Part shown: one piece after another, positions 24,684-36,856 of the stretch
Layout of the letters: each line of letters opens with the position of its first letter
Numbering within the stretch: the stretch's first letter is position 1
From: Rhizodiscina lignyota
Lineage: Eukaryota
DNA: 64,000 nt
NCBI GenBank assembly: GCA_010015805.1
Contig: ML978126.1
Coordinates: forward strand, 1,488,001-1,552,000
Direction of reading: 5' to 3'
Notes under the pieces: generated by a model
Seen by the model: only the letters and a program-made list of their open reading frames with translations
What the model was told of the DNA's origin: nothing
Databases searched by the model: none
Made by a program: the position numbers and the translations under genes

Positions 24684-26010
24684 CCTTTACCAGGAGCAGC
24701 TCATAACGACATCAAGAGTGTGCGTTGCCACGAGCCCTGTCGGGCACGTTCGTTGTCGCTGGCGCCGGAGCGTTGCACGATATTTCGCGGCGTCGACGTC
24801 GTCTGGCTCCGATGGGGTGCAAATGGTCACGCTGCCCTGAAGCGCTCTGATCAATGCGCCGCGATCCAAATCCAATCCAGGTCGCGCAGGCAGCTTGAGT
24901 CCAAGCAGAGAGGGCGTGGAGGCTGACCGAAGTGTGCTAGGATGATCTGACCGCGCGGGTTGACGGGCTTCTGTGGGCACCCAGTAGCTGCACGAGCCAA
25001 TGAAAGCACACGCTCGATCTCTCTGTTTCGAAAAGTGGGCAGCCGGGCGAATGGTGTCGATCCAAGAGCGGGAGTATCCAAGCGCGCGACAGGAAGTTCC
25101 TGGAGCCCAGGTACGCAGTGTCTCACGGCGGTGATGTTGATGGAGTTGCAAAGAGGAGGACTCGAGAAGTTGTGAGTTGTGCGTGTTGAGCCGGGGTTGG
25201 TCGCGCTGTGGTGGCTGCCGGCGGAGGGCGAACATCAAAACGTGCCAACAAGCCTCACGCTACCCCCCTCTGGCTCTAGCTGCCCCGGAGCCTGGACAGC
25301 ATCACCAGGGGGCTAGCTTCGGTGCTTCCACGCTATCGCCAGCCGGGCCTAGCTTTTCAATACAGGGCTGGCCAGAGAAATTGCATGTTTCAATCGAATG
25401 CCATCACATGCTCTCCACAACGGACTGCTCGAATTCAAATCTACACCTTCTGTCGGATGCAATTCGATCTCATCCTCGGGTGTGGGGGGATCAGCCGCTG
25501 CCGACTCGCCTAAACCCACCTCGAGTCCAACTCAGGCTATAATCTCACTGGCATCGCTATCCGAAATCATCTCCATCGCCTTCGGATAGCATCACTTTTG
25601 CACGGCTTCACGATGGTAGCATCTCAAGGGATCGTGACTCCAACAGATACTCATACAGTTCATACATATTTTCAACAAGCCAGAATTCCCAACCACCAGC
25701 CCAGCTCGACTTCCATCGACAATCATGTGCGAGTCCACCAGGCTATGACGAAAATGGCCACTTTCATAAATCTGAAAGGCCTGAAAAAGAGACGGTTTTA
25801 TTCTACAACAAAAATACAGTCCATTGCTCCAATCTTCACTCTCTCTTCAAACGGAATCGACCATTTCCGGCCTCACATTCCACATTGAATCAACAATAGC
25901 AACCACTCCATTCCCAGCAATCAATAATGTTCTCGAGCAAGCCGGAAGATTAGAGCGTGGTAGATTTGTGCCAGTGTAGCCGACAGGTGAGTGAGGGTGA
26001 CTATCATCAA

Positions 26011-26542
26011 CTTCAAGAAGGGGCTCTGACCCGGCCCCAGCTTGCCATGCCCTCTTTCAACAAGGTGGAGCTTGCGTGAGCGAGATTGGAAGATTGTTCG
26101 TTCTTTCCAAGATTGGACTGTGTTAAATTCTTGCCAGTGGTAGCTGGCAGATGGATGAGGATGCTCATCTGTATCGTGACATACCCATGTCGTGTGCCAG
26201 AAAGTGAGTGCTCATGGTCGTCTTCTGCTTCAAGAAGGGGCCCGACCCGGCCCCAGCTTGGCATGCCTTTTTTTTCAGCAAGGCGGAGCTTGCGTAAGCG
26301 AGATTGGAAGATTGGTCGTTCTTCCCAATATTGGAGCGTGGTGAATTTGCGCCAGTATAACCGGCGGGTGAATGAGGATGGTCGGCTTCATCCTCAAAAA
26401 GTTGTCCTAGAACAGGCCGACCGCTTCCAGCACTAGCATCGCCGAGCATGCTCGGTCGAGATGGGCGGTGCTGGTGTCCGCCGTATCGTGACATACCCAT
26501 GTCATGTGGCCGATCGCAGTCTGGGAAGTTTGCTTCTGCTTC
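26011..26542. repeat. Imperfect direct duplication (217-bp unit; second copy carries ~94-bp insertion)
   Basis: CTTCAAGAAGGGG..CCGGCCCCAGCTTG at 26011 and 26228; GTATCGTGACATACCCATGTC at 26172 and 26483. Confidence 0.85.
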
Positions 26543-27960
26543 CATTTGTCCTATGGAGTAGGACTGCCGAGCACTCTTGTCTTCCATCCTTCTCTCACTC
26601 TCGCGTCCGAGTCTGTCGCCGCTGCTTATATTATAGCACCTTCCTCCTCGGGATTGTCCGGCCTGAGTTCGCTCAGGCGTGCGCATGCATTCAGCAAGGC
26701 CCGACGGTCCCGAGGAGGAGGTGGGTGGAACGTAGTGTTCCCACTCTGCGGAGTTGTTAGAGAGAGTTATTATATGGAGGTGAGAAGCTTGTACTGACAG
26801 ATCAGCACGGATCCAACGTCCTTCCATCGACAGGGTGGGGCGGATGAATTGCGGGTTCGGGTGCTGGTATTGTGCACCGAGTGAAAGATTGTGCAGCTGA
26901 TTTGCCATATCCTCTTGACTCATGGCAGCTCCGGGGGAGTAATATTGGAGACGGCGAGTCTCGTCGAAGATCTGAGCGGCCAACTGAATGAGACGTTCTG
27001 GAGTGGCGATAAGGATACCACAGTCCTTCACCAACTCCAACTCCTGAAATGGACTGATCGAATTGATCTTTTGAAAAAATCCCCCCATCCCACCTGAACT
27101 CATGCGAGAAAGGATCCGTCATTGTCCTCGCCTGGATACTGATGGGAAGTCGGTGAAATCACATGCTCAAGGGTGGCGTTGTTTGGGATGTTGCGAAGCA
27201 TGACCGTGGTGCGGACGTCTTGGCCACTGACAATCGCCGGCACATAGATGCTGTTGCTCGCGTTTGCACCCCTGTTGTTTCGGCCGTAGCCACGGCTTCG
27301 TCGCGAGGGCGACCCACGACGAGACGGACTGCGCGCACAGGACTGTGCGCGCAGAGGGTTGATCGGCGGACGTTGGATATCCGCATCATCACCGACGCGG
27401 CGGTGATGATGTCACATTCATTTGAACGCTGCCTCAAGCACCCAAGTACTCGCTCCTTAAGCACCCAAGTGCTGGCCGGGCATGCACCGAGGTTTTTGAG
27501 GCCTCCTGTCGTGGGAGGCCATGGTGGCAAGAGATCCAAAGAATTTCCCTCTGGCTTGGGTTAGCTGAAGAAAGATCTCGAGGTCTGGCACAGAATGATT
27601 TACTCGACACCGATCTTGGCAAAGATCTCGAAAAGAATGCTCCACAGAGGAATAGGAGACTTCGTGTTGTATGGTATGAAGACCCTGCATCACTTTGGAA
27701 GTCTTTTGTTTGCTGACTTCCCCTTTCAGCTTTAAAAGCACTCGTTGAAGCAGCTTCCTCCCATGGGTAGAAGGTGCAAGCAAGGAAGATGCTTTGTGGT
27801 AGTGACAGAGGTCACTATGCTGAAGATGCAGATGCTGGAAGCTGAAGTCAGTAAAAGAGCAAAGGATAAGACAACCCAAAGGGCTTACCTTTGTGCCTGA
27901 GTTTAGGCATTTGACGCTGTTTTGCGCGCACGACGATTTCTTTGGCCAAGAATGCTCTTG
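26165..27960 (-). pseudogene. Disrupted/chimeric locus with a Mei2-type RRM fragment and DEAD-box-like motifs
   Basis: SGQDVRTTVMLRNIPN at ~27181-27228; CGILIATPERLIQL..IFDETRRL at ~26950-27025; canonical intron ~27835-27888; frames broken by stops. Confidence 0.5.
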
Positions 27961-28275
27961 GAACAATTCCAGCAGATAAACAGATTGAGCAAAGGTGGAG
28001 TTGGGAGCTGGTGAGTTGTGTGATGGAAATAGTTATAATTGTGAGAGAAAACTTTGTTATGTGTGCAGAAAGTGAAGAGGAAGCTGCAATGGAGCAAGAT
28101 GGCCTGATGGTATTGTTAGGCGGTAAATTATGTGTGGGTCCGTGTCCTCTAGGATCTACAACCCCCCTACTCCCCTAGCCTAGCCAATCATCGTGCCGAC
28201 ACCTGCCTTCCTTCAATTCATACCCACGCCTGTGTGGAACAATCAAATCGACACAAAACACCTTACCTGCCCAAG

Positions 28276-31200
28276 ATGAAGCGAAAAAGACCCAACAAAA
28301 ACGAAGGCGGCGAGGAGTCTAAAAGAATGAGAAACGAATCACCTAACCCGGATTTGCCAGCAATCGACCATCCTGTGCTTTCACGCGTCTACAAACAGGT
28401 GTTCACCTTGTGGGAATTCATCCTATGGAAGCTCCCAGACCCTTCGAAAAGGCTGGGTTTCACCAAGCGTGTGGAAAACCTGAAAGATGAGGCGTTTCAA
28501 GATTTTCGAGAGCTAAGGCATCTACTGAAATCTGCCTTCGTTGGAGTTTTGGACGCGCCTGAAGACGTCGAGACGCGTCGCCGCAGTAGAGAGTTTTTGC
28601 GCTGGTCTCAAAAGGCACTGGTTCGATCAATGCAGTCGCAACGAACAGAGGAGATGGACATTGCTACGTACATGCAAGAAGAGGTAAACATCTCCTTGGC
28701 CCTTTACTTGATTTACCACTCACCTTTTATAGATTATCCACTACGTCATCTGGCTCATATTCAAGCGCGGTGTCGCAGATCGACCAGCACATCTCCTATG
28801 CCATGGATATACGATGGATCGCCCTCGTGACTACGATGGACGTGATGAAGCCAGAACGTGGGCTATACAAGAGTTGTACTTGACATACTACAACGAAAAT
28901 GTCCGTTACCTGAGGAGCGCTCCCTGGAACCAGCTTTTGATGCTGCTTAACGAAGACGGGCTTCTAGACGGAGACCGTATCATGATGAGCCTTCTCTTGG
29001 ACTGCGGCCTCTTCCTTCCCACAGACAAGGGGAAGAGTGACCACTACCTTGGCAACTACCGGCAGATCAGTGGTATTCCCATCTTCAACATCAAGGGAGA
29101 CCCTGCAACCGTTTTTCAGAGAGAAGCAAAACACCTCTTCAATTTCAAGCTGGCTCGTCCAAAAGTTCATCAGGACCAAGCAACGGCCGACCGAGCAGCT
29201 TCATCTCCCGACGGGAGTCTATCCTCGATCCGATTCGTTCGCAACCGCATGTTCTACGCTCGATATGCACTGAATTCTCGAGGCAAGATCCGCTTTGGGC
29301 TCAAACATATCCACGTCTTCAATCGCTTCCCGGACGCGTCCAACGACTCACAAACTGTGCATATCATGAAGTACATCTTTCCGCGTCAGTTTGGCCTTCA
29401 CAACGTCTTCACGTCGAAGGTTGACCCCAAGGAGACAGCGATGCGCTTCAAGGACTATACGCTTCGAGAGCACGAGATTAAGAGGATGGAGATATCGAAA
29501 TCTTTCAAGCCGCAAGCTGGTGATACGGGGAGCACTGGAAAGCTGCCGAAACGGCTGCGCGGGCCTTGCTTTGAAATGATCCAGAAGTTGCGGGCAAAGC
29601 ACCAGACAACGAATTATGCGAGACAGATGATAGACTGTCACTCAGAGAACTCACCGCCTTTTAATGCTGTTCCTGCCGTTTACGCAGAGTTCAACAAAGA
29701 GACAAGCCTCAACACCGACAGAACGGTGGTAGACATGGCAACGCCGACCACACTTGTCGGATCGTTCTGCTCTAGTGTTATTATCAATCTCCTCCCTCAC
29801 TCGTTCTTCGGTGTCCAAGCGACGGATGAGAGAGAAAGCAACGAAAGGCATTTCGCCGGGTTCATCTCTCACTTCATCGAGCTCCGTAAATTCGAATCAG
29901 CCACTCTTCACGACCTCCTCCAGGGCTTCAAAGTCTCTGCGATCCCCTGGCTCCGGCCGCCAAACGTCAAGCCGACGAACAAGCTCTCAAAAAAGGACTT
30001 CGAGGCTCGGAAGAGCTTGCTAGCAGAAGTACTCTACTTCTTGATCGACGGCCTCCTCATCCCCCTCGTCCAGTCAAACTTCTATGTCACAGAGTCGAAT
30101 GCACACCGCAACCGCCTCTTCTATTTCCGTCACGACGTCTGGCGCGCAATCTCCGAGCCTGCAATGATGGACCTCAAGTCAACCATGTTCGAGCGGATGC
30201 AACGGGCTAAGTGGCTCGCCCAGCCAGCGACAACAAAGGCACTCCAAGTAACCCGGCAAGTTGCGGGCTTATTGCCACATTCCAAGGTCCGACTGCTACC
30301 AAAGGCCAACGGCTTCAGGATGATTACGAACCTGCGACGTCGGACGCCGTTTCGCTACGGTAATCGTATTGTACTCGGGAAATCGATCAATACGCTTCTT
30401 ACACCAGCTTTCAACGTGTTGAACTTTGAGAAGGCAAATCAGCCGGGAAGGCTCGGTGCAGCGCTGTTCTCGGTCGGCGACATCTACCCTCGACTCAAGG
30501 AGTTCAAGTCTCGACTCCGGTCGCAAAATCTACTCGGCCAGCCACTGTACTTTGCCAAGGTCGATGTGATGGGTTGCTTCGACAGCATACCCCAAGAGTC
30601 GGCAATCGAGTTGATAAACTCGCTGCTGTCTAGTGAGGAGTACAATATTGGGAAGTACGCGGAGATGACAGCATCCGGGGTACATGCGTATGACAGAAAC
30701 GGGAGAGAAGGACGTGGGCGACCTCGAACCAAATTCGCGTCGTATGCCAAAGCTGACAAGGGCTCGAGTTTCCAGGCTATGGTGGAAAATGATCTCGCCC
30801 CGGCGAGGCGAAACACCGTTTTCGCCAGCACCGGTCCTCCAGTCCGCGAAAGCAGAGATCATATCCTCGCGCTTTTGAGGGAGCATGTCACCCGCAACCT
30901 TGTGAGAGATGCTCATGGAGTGCTCTACCGCCAGAAGAAGGGTATCCCACAGGGCAGCGTTGTCTCTTCCCTCCTCTGCAACTTCTTCTACGCAAAGTTC
31001 GAAAGCGATCGGCTGGCATGGCTGACGGAGAGAGCGGATACGCTGATGATGCGGCTGGTTGACGACTTTCTCGTCATCAGTACGGATAAGGGTGTGGTTG
31101 AGAGATTTGTGGAGCAGATGCATCGGGGCGATACTGAGTTTGGAGTGGAGGTCAAAAAGGAGAAGACCGTAGTGAACGTTGACATGAAGCTGGATGGCAG

Positions 31201-32471
31201 ACGGGTCAGAACGGATCTGCTGGAAGGGACTGTAATGCGCGAAGGAGTTGGGTTCCCCTACTGTGGGTTGACCATCGACACGAGGACTCTAGAGCTCAGG
31301 AAAATCTATGAGAAGGGTCTAGCAGGTAAGACTAATATCCTGCCTGAGTGACAAAATACTTACCGCTGCAGCCTTGCACGACTCCCTCACTGTGGAACAT
31401 TCTAAGCAGGTCGGACGTACCTTCCATCGGAAATCCCTGAAGTACGTTGGGCTGCATCCCATATCCTATGTGGTCAACCTAGACTTATTGATCTGCAACA
31501 GTGCATTGAAGATCCAGCTGCATAGCATGCTGCTAGATACATCCTTCAACAAGCTCCCTACGGCACTCTCGAACCTCTATCATGTGTTCCTATCGGCTGC
31601 GAACAGGTGCTCTGGTTATCTCACCAGTCTGTCGAGTTCCAAGCGGCCAAAGGACCACATTGTTATCGGTAAGCCAACACAATTCTTTTTCTACAGTCTA
31701 CCTGTCTCTCCACACCATTATCAACCCAAGCTTCCGGCTGATCCGCAGCTCAAGCTCTAGAGCTTGAGCGGCTCTGCTGAGAACGGCTGAGAGCGGGGCA
31801 TTGTGCATTGCATATGCAGGATGGAAGCTCGACGTCGTTCGCGGGGTCGATCTGGCGGAGCTAGCTCCAGCATGTTGAGAGGAGCTGTAGAGCTTGTTTA
31901 TGGGATGCGAGCAACAGCTAACGGTGCGGTACCACTTCCAGAGACGATCCGTGATCAAGTAGCATTGGCGTATGCACTGATGCAGAGGAAGGCGAACCGA
32001 ACGGACAAGAAGGCGACTGGAGGATACGAGTGCAGTATTCGACGCGATATGACTACGTGGTACGTTGAATTCTCATTTCGCTTCCACGTGAGGTTCGAGG
32101 TCGAGGGTCTCTCGCAAGCCATTGTGGCGTCGCCCCCACACTGTCGGGCCTGTTTCAAGTCCTTCCAAATCTTGGAACTCGGATGGTCGCCAAGCCACAG
32201 TGTCCTTCATGCACTTTGCTCGCTTTGCCTCAAGCCTTCCGATCGAGGCAAATTTCCTAGTCCTTTGATCTTCGATCTCTACTGTGGACCAATACTTATT
32301 TTTTGGTAACCTAACAGGTTGGCCTGCATGGCTTTCAAGACGGTGTTTCAAAGGAAGCAGACCGGCCATAAACCGCTTCTCGCCTGGCTGTCCGGCAGCT
32401 TGGCAGCGGCTGGCGCTTCTCTGGGACGCACTGAATCAGGACTGCTGGAGCGAGTGGTGAGCATGACGTAG
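28276..32471 (+). CDS. TERT: Telomerase reverse transcriptase
   Basis: TEN HLLCHGY, QFP (YIFPRQFGLHNVF), T motif FYVTESNAHRNRLFYFRHDVW, motif 1/2 RLLPKANGFRMITN, A FAKVDVMGCFDSIPQ, B' GIPQGSVVSSLLC, C RLVDDFLVIS, E PYCGL; introns 28684-28732, 31326-31371, 31442-31501, 31669-31941, 32060-32317 all restore frame. Confidence 0.97.
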
Positions 32472-33559
32472 AGATGAAGTTCAGAAGGTCGATTGGGGAA
32501 AGCGATTGTCTGCGAGATGCTGGTAAATCAATAGTGTGCTATGCAAGCGTCTCACCACTTTATATGTACGTAGCCAGTCGACGGTGACTAGACGGCTGGT
32601 ATTCTGGGGAAGATGAGGTGTGTGGCTTTCCCGCCGTGCTTCAGCCTCGTGGAAATTGAACTTGACCAGTGGCAGCCGTTCACGTCTTTTGCTGGTGCTC
32701 AGGAACGTGATGTCTGGTTTAATTGCGCAAGGAGCACCCTTTGTCAGAGCAGCGTCGTGATAGGCCAGGGCGGGCCAAGCACACAAAGCTGGATGAAGCT
32801 CGAGTCGCGGGCGGGAGGGCATTGGATATGTGCGTTATTTCGCTCGATGCTGACGCTGCATGGGTGATGCATGCACGAGCAGAGCGCTGCATTCTTGAAA
32901 GCTGCGTGCGGGCTGGCAAGGTGGTTGGGAGTTGGGACGGTACGCGCGACACATGAGACGGCGTTCGAGCAAAACATCTCGTCGCCCTCGTCCATCTGCT
33001 GCTTGCAATGCCCCGTCGCTCTCTACATTCTCAATTGCTCTTATACAGCACTCTGCTGTACGACGCATAGCGCAGCTTCAGCAATTTCCCTCCAGCCACA
33101 GCGGTGGGCGTACCGTGAACCGCACGGCCCGCGCGTGTCTGCGTGGCTGCCACTGGCAGGGCCCTTGGTTGGCGAGCGCTCAGGGGCATGGAGCCCGCAG
33201 TCTGCCCTCCACCACCACACCCTCTCCAATTCGCACCCTTCGCCAAACACTGCAATGCTCTGGGCATCTTCCACAGCATCGACGAGGCAGTCCGCATTGT
33301 ACATAGTCATGGACCTCTCGCTGTAACAGTCGCGGAGGATCTCTGTCTGCACCAGGAACGACCGGAAACGGACACAGTCTTTACCTCAACCGCGACCAGG
33401 AAACCTTCCAATTGTCGCCGCCTCCACTCGCGCGCCCTCTCGGACACTCATTCCCTCTGCTCTATCGCTAATTCCCCATTCAATTCACCCCATCCGTCGT
33501 TTTCCGGCGCCGCTGCTGCACAAAGAAACCAGGCGCGAAGGAATCGCGTGCGCCCGCTC

Positions 33560-36182
33560 ATGGCCCTCGTTCAGAACAGCAGCATCACCGCCTTTGACCC
33601 CGAACCAGAGTCCCCACCGGAACTCACGTCGTCCAAGTCGTCCAAGTCATCGTCGTTCAGGACGTCGAGCAGTTTAGGGGACGGCACCCCGTCTCACGAC
33701 CCCAGCAACTTTGAAGATATCACCCTGGACGACATCCACAATGCAGTGTCCCACGCGATCTACGGCGCGGATTCGCCATCTCCTGATCTGAATGGGCACA
33801 ATCAGGACAAGCAGAACTATAGACACAGACATGGGTCGATGCCGCTGCGGCGACAGCGATCTTCCGTCTCGAGTGTGTCGAGCGGGAGAAGTAGTGGGCA
33901 AAGCAGCGCAGCGACAATGGTGCCGATTCGCGATCTGACGAACACAAGCCGGCCAGGCTATCCGAGTCTAAAGAGACAAGTGAACGGTGCTATTGGAAAC
34001 AATGGCAGGGGCACGCAGTCGGCACTGCACCTACCCGTCAGCAAGAGCCCACGGCGAGGGTTCACAAGCCCGACCAACCCGCATTTCTCTGCTCCTCCGC
34101 TACCCCCACCATCACAGCGGTCGAGATCACCTTCTCCAACATTCCTGCAATCGTTTGGGATAAATCACAAAGTGCCGCGTCGGTCGAGTTCTCGCTCGAG
34201 CGTTCATAGTACCACCTCACTCGCTCCTATCGCACGGAGGTCATCATGGCAACCCGGACGGAAAACGGTCAAAGAACTGGAAGACGAATATCACGATTCC
34301 GATGAAGACATTCCCGAGGACGCAGTCGTTTGGAACGTCCCTCTTTCACCTCGTCCACCACAATCTCGAACGGAATCGGAAGTCGTGGGAAATGAGTGTC
34401 CTGTCCCTCCAACGCCCTTAACCGTGCCCCTACCACGCACAAGGTCCGTTCCCGCTGCGGACCCACAGCCTCAATCGGGCTCGATACATTCGTTACGGCG
34501 GCAGCGCTCGACTCCAGCCATCCTCGAGGATCCCGAGTATGGAGACTTGAAGCCACGCCCGAGTCCACGCACGAGCCCACGACCGAGTCGCAGACCTTCA
34601 CCATTGTCAAGTGTCACAGACCTCACCAAACTCAACCAGGACATCCAAGCTTACGGTAAGGCTCGAACAAAGTCCTACAGTGAAGCAATGAGCGATCTAT
34701 CTAGCGATGCTCGACATATCACGGCCGCTCTCGAAGCGTTCGAGCTCCAACGTGCACAGTCCGCCGAAACAGCCGGAACATCCACATCAGATGTCAACAC
34801 GTCCTCCTTCGCTGCGAATACCAAAGTTCCAACCTCCACCACGACCCCGATTAGTCCAGATTTATCGTCTACAATCAGCCGGACAGCAAATGGCAGAACA
34901 GTCGTTACACTACCACCACTGAGGAAAGGAGATGTCATGATTGATCCACTCCCAATCAGCAAGGAGAAAGAAAAAGTCCTGACCCGGACAAGACCAAGTT
35001 GGCTGCCGCCGAAGGATCAGAAGGAGGAGAAGAGGCATTTGAGAGAATACAGGCGGATGATGGAGGCTAGTCTGGAGGCTGGTACGTTCATGATTATTTC
35101 CGAGAAAAACTTTCCAAACAACTCTGGCTGATAGCCTGGCAGAAAAAAGACGCGCTTCGAGATTGGCTGCCGAACAAGACGCTCGAGACGCTGCGGCCGC
35201 CTCACTCCTCAAGATCTGGGAGGAGTATGTCCTACCAGAATGGCCGACCGCGCTGGATGAACCGCGAACGAGAGAGTTGTGGTGGCGCGGTGTCCCTGTT
35301 CAACACCGTGGAGATATCTGGTTGCGTGCAGTTGGAAATGAGCTACATCTCACGGAGACGTCGTATTCTGCGGCGCTCAAACGTGCGAACGAAGATGAGG
35401 CGCGATTGGACAGTCTAAAAGGGAAAACAGGGGAGAGCGAGACGTTGAAAGAGCAGGATGCTGAAAGGTGGGCTTGGTTCGAACGCATGCGATCCGATGT
35501 CGATTCCCTTGCCGTTGAGGCCGAGTGGACGCGCTTTGCAACTCCGAACGCGCAGAACGAGCAGCTAAAAGACGTGTTAATGGCATATGCCTTCTACCGT
35601 TCTGACGTCGGTTACGTCTCCGGCCTCCATCGTCTCGCCGCTCTCCTCCTGCTCTACCTCCCGGTCGCCAACGCCTTCATCGTCATGGCAAACTTCCTCA
35701 ACAGGCCCGTACCAATGGCATACCTCCTTACGACGCTGCGTTTCCGATCGACCGGTGCTGACCCCGATGTCGATGCCGCAGTAGTCCCAGCAGCGATCTC
35801 GAACACTCACTCTCTGATTTTGAGGACTCTGGCATACAAACTCCCCAGTCTCCACGCCCATCTCACTTCTCCGGCCTTTGCGCTACAACCAAGCGAATAC
35901 CTCGATCCGCTGCTGAGCTCCTTCTACACCGATCCGCGTATTGGTGTGGAGAGGATGAGCAGGATGTGGGATATCATGGTCTTCGAGGGGGATAAAGTAC
36001 TGGTTAGAGCTGCAGTCGCCGTGCTGAGTAGGCTCGAGAACAGACTTTATAGCAGTCGGGAGGAGATCTTGTCTATACTAGGCTGGGATAGCCCCTTGGA
36101 GTGGGGCGAACATCTAGGAGATGCGGAGGACTGGACATTGGCCATGAGGGAGGCGGGGAAGGCGGATAAGAAGGAAGACTAG
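33560..36182 (+). CDS. TBC (Rab-GAP fold) protein with long Ser/Pro-rich N-terminus
   Basis: [52 protein letters not shown] motif; intron 35082-35142. Confidence 0.88.
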
Positions 36183-36736
36183 GGAAAGAGTATACGGAGA
36201 GAAGAGAAAGAATATACAGAAAGAGGAGTTGGACTATTTTTATTGCTTGATGCATTGCGAGGCAAAGGGACAAACGACATATACCAGGGTGTCTTGATGC
36301 ATCTACCTGTTATCTCTTCGTTCGGTCCGATCTCTTTTCTGCATAGCCTGGTCTGGAGGAGCTTCGTGGCAGATGCCGCTATTGATAATGCCTAGTGCAA
36401 CGAGTACAAACGGATGGTTCGGACGACTGCCAGCATACTTATCGTAACTGCAGGCGTAACTGCTACTCGTCTGGAGTTACTATTATTACTTGTGTAGTTA
36501 TTGTACTATCGTAATGTCAATACATGATGGATGAGATTTAGCTTCTCGTTGGATCCAACGACTGTTCTATTCAAATTATACTGTCTTAAAATTCATGCAG
36601 TTGGCCATGGACACGTGGATTTGCAATCTGAGGGCTTACTTCCTTGTAAACGAAGTTAAAAGGTAAGGTTGACATGACTTTAGTGTTGAGGGAATTTTTT
36701 ATCCCAGTTTATATTAAAAATCCAATTTCCTCTGTC

Positions 36737-36856
36737 ACATACGACCATATCTTGGGGAGAACAGGGCCTCTCGTCCGATCGACCGTACTCAAGCCCCAAA
36801 GAGGTGTGCTAGTACCATAGCTGGGAGACCACATGGGAATCCACACTGTTGTATGT
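36737..36856 (+). rRNA. 5S ribosomal RNA (dispersed copy)
   Basis: 120 nt; ACATACGAC/GTTGTATGT helix I, TCTTGGGG/CCCCAAAGA helix II, CGTCCGATC loop, TAGTA..GGGAGACC..GGGAATCC; upstream AT-rich TATA-like tract, downstream T-runs (Pol III terminator). Confidence 0.93.

Noticed and set aside
28814..31351. Reverse transcriptase as a retroelement or novel RT system
   Set aside because: It has the telomerase-specific T and QFP motifs, spliceosomal introns, and no endonuclease, integrase or terminal repeats; it is ordinary TERT
33143..33559. 139-codon N-terminal extension of the TBC protein
   Set aside because: Composition looks like a 5' leader; the protein-like sequence starts at ATG 33560
24700..33560. 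Telomerase RNA gene next to or inside TERT
   Set aside because: No TAACCCTAA-type template seen on either strand here or elsewhere in the window by eye; only partial matches such as GGGTTAG. A covariance-model search would be needed to exclude a divergent template.
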